A DNA stretch of 53,608 bases, taken from contig JAJUFK010000001.1 of NCBI GenBank assembly GCA_029266015.1, positions 1-53,608 of the forward strand, in the 5' to 3' direction. Positions 52,736 through 53,608 of the stretch are shown piece by piece. A program made the translations under genes and the position numbers. The first letter of the stretch is position 1, and each line of letters begins with the position of its first letter. The notes below the pieces were generated by a model. That model made no database searches and was not told the origin of the DNA. It saw only the letters and a list, made by a program, of their open reading frames with translations. This stretch comes from Bacteroidota bacterium (GTDB lineage Bacteria; Bacteroidota; Bacteroidia; Bacteroidales; UBA1715).

Positions 52736-53386
52736 ATGTCACAGATATATATAATATGCGGAATAGATACTGATTGCGGAAAAACATTTATTACCGGTTT
52801 ACTTGCTAAACAATGTATTAATAAAGGTAAACAATGTATAACACAAAAATTGGTACAAACAGGATGTTCAGGTACTATAGCGGATGACATACTTGAGCAT
52901 CGCAGAATTATGCAAATACCTTTATTATCAGAAGACTATAATCATAACACTAATCCCTACATTTTTAAATTTCCTGCATCACCCCATCTTGCAGCAGAAT
53001 TAGAATCTACAACAATTGATATTACCAAATTGCATGAGTCTATTCAAAACCTTTCTAACAAATACGAAATAGTTTTGTGTGAAGCTGCAGGTGGTATTTG
53101 TGTGCCACTAACACCAACATATTTATTTTCAGATTTTATACAAGAATGCGGATATCCTATTATTTTAGTAAGTTCATCAAAGTTAGGCAGTATAAATCAC
53201 ACATTATTAAGCATAGAATTTTGCAAAAGACATAATATTACTATTCATGCAATAATATATAATATATTTCCTGATACCGATCCAAAAATTTCAGAAAGTA
53301 GTTTTTCATTTTTAAAAATATATTGCAAAACATATCTTCCTACTACTTTGTGTGTTAAACATTGCAATATTGATAGAGTTTTATAA
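52736..53386 (+). CDS. bioD: dethiobiotin synthase BioD
   Basis: Start moved to the ATG at 52736 (MSQIYIICGIDTDCGKTFITGLLA), 1 nt after the bioC stop. P-loop G-x-DT-x-x-GKT and later CEAAGG. Confidence 0.88.
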   Translation: MSQIYIICGIDTDCGKTFITGLLAKQCINKGKQCITQKLVQTGCSGTIADDILEHRRIMQIPLLSEDYNHNTNPYIFKFPASPHLAAELESTTIDITKLHESIQNLSNKYEIVLCEAAGGICVPLTPTYLFSDFIQECGYPIILVSSSKLGSINHTLLSIEFCKRHNITIHAIIYNIFPDTDPKISESSFSFLKIYCKTYLPTTLCVKHCNIDRVL

Positions 53387-53554
53387 CCTTATATATAAAA
53401 CAGTACCATCAGCACAAGCAGTCTTAACTTCTCTGGTTGAAATGAAAAAAGGTAGAACCATTACTCCATAATAACCATTAACAAAGATTTAAGGCTATTA
53501 TTCTACCTAAAAAAAGAGATTACAATATAGGCGTATACAATACTCCTCAATGGA

Positions 53555-53592
53555 ATAAAAAAAATCCTTACCAGTAAAACTGATAAGGATTT
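53555..53592 (-). terminator. intrinsic terminator for a minus-strand gene or RNA lying beyond the right window edge
   Basis: AAATCCTTA-c-CAGT-aaa-ACTG-a-TAAGGATTT forms a long hairpin. On the minus strand it is followed by a T7 run (the A-run at 53555-53561). Confidence 0.5.
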
Positions 53593-53608
53593 AAAAAATC
53601 GGCGGCGA

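Noticed and set aside
53387-53554. Inverted repeat GGTAGAA...TTCTACC with flanking A-runs downstream of bioD, considered as a terminator or ncRNA.
   Set aside because: It has a 7-bp stem with a ~43-nt unstructured loop and no proper T-tract on the plus strand, so the evidence is weak.

Overview
AT-rich chromosomal window of Bacteroidota type. Support for this: exact TAnnTTTG -7 promoter boxes in front of tRNAs and operons, no Shine-Dalgarno use, many Cys-lipobox lipoproteins, bioG, and dense CAZyme content. All coding capacity is accounted for by about 38 CDS, 3 tRNAs (Cys-GCA, Arg-TCG, CAT) and several clear intrinsic terminators. No mobile elements, CRISPR arrays or defence genes were seen.

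Gene content, left to right:
- truncated CheR-like methyltransferase, membrane protein, tRNA-Cys, mnmA, GH9, tRNA-Arg, htrA
- a topoisomerase IV parC gene split by one in-frame TAA
- a minus-strand operon (10.4-17.5 kb): GH5, two CBM-like lipoproteins and two large non-SusC beta-barrel outer-membrane proteins
- a divergent plus-strand operon (17.7-32.2 kb): GH2, GH31, xylB, xylA, xylE, GH43, GH31
- tRNA(CAT), an OmpR/histidine-kinase pair, and a folA / four glycosyltransferases / uvrC cluster
- polA, then a GPH transporter with a cytoplasmic GH43
- an orphan promoter-plus-terminator unit (candidate sRNA or leader)
- a 1487-aa multidomain GH9 with three near-identical 246-bp tandem repeats and a non-canonical C-terminal domain
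- bioG-bioC-bioD

The main lead is a xyloglucan/beta-glucan utilisation locus that has the enzyme set of a classical PUL but no SusC/SusD pair and no PUL-type regulator. A four-gene cassette of two paralogous beta-barrel proteins and two beta-sandwich lipoproteins sits where SusC/SusD would be. All product calls rest on motifs recognised by eye in the translations; no database search was possible.
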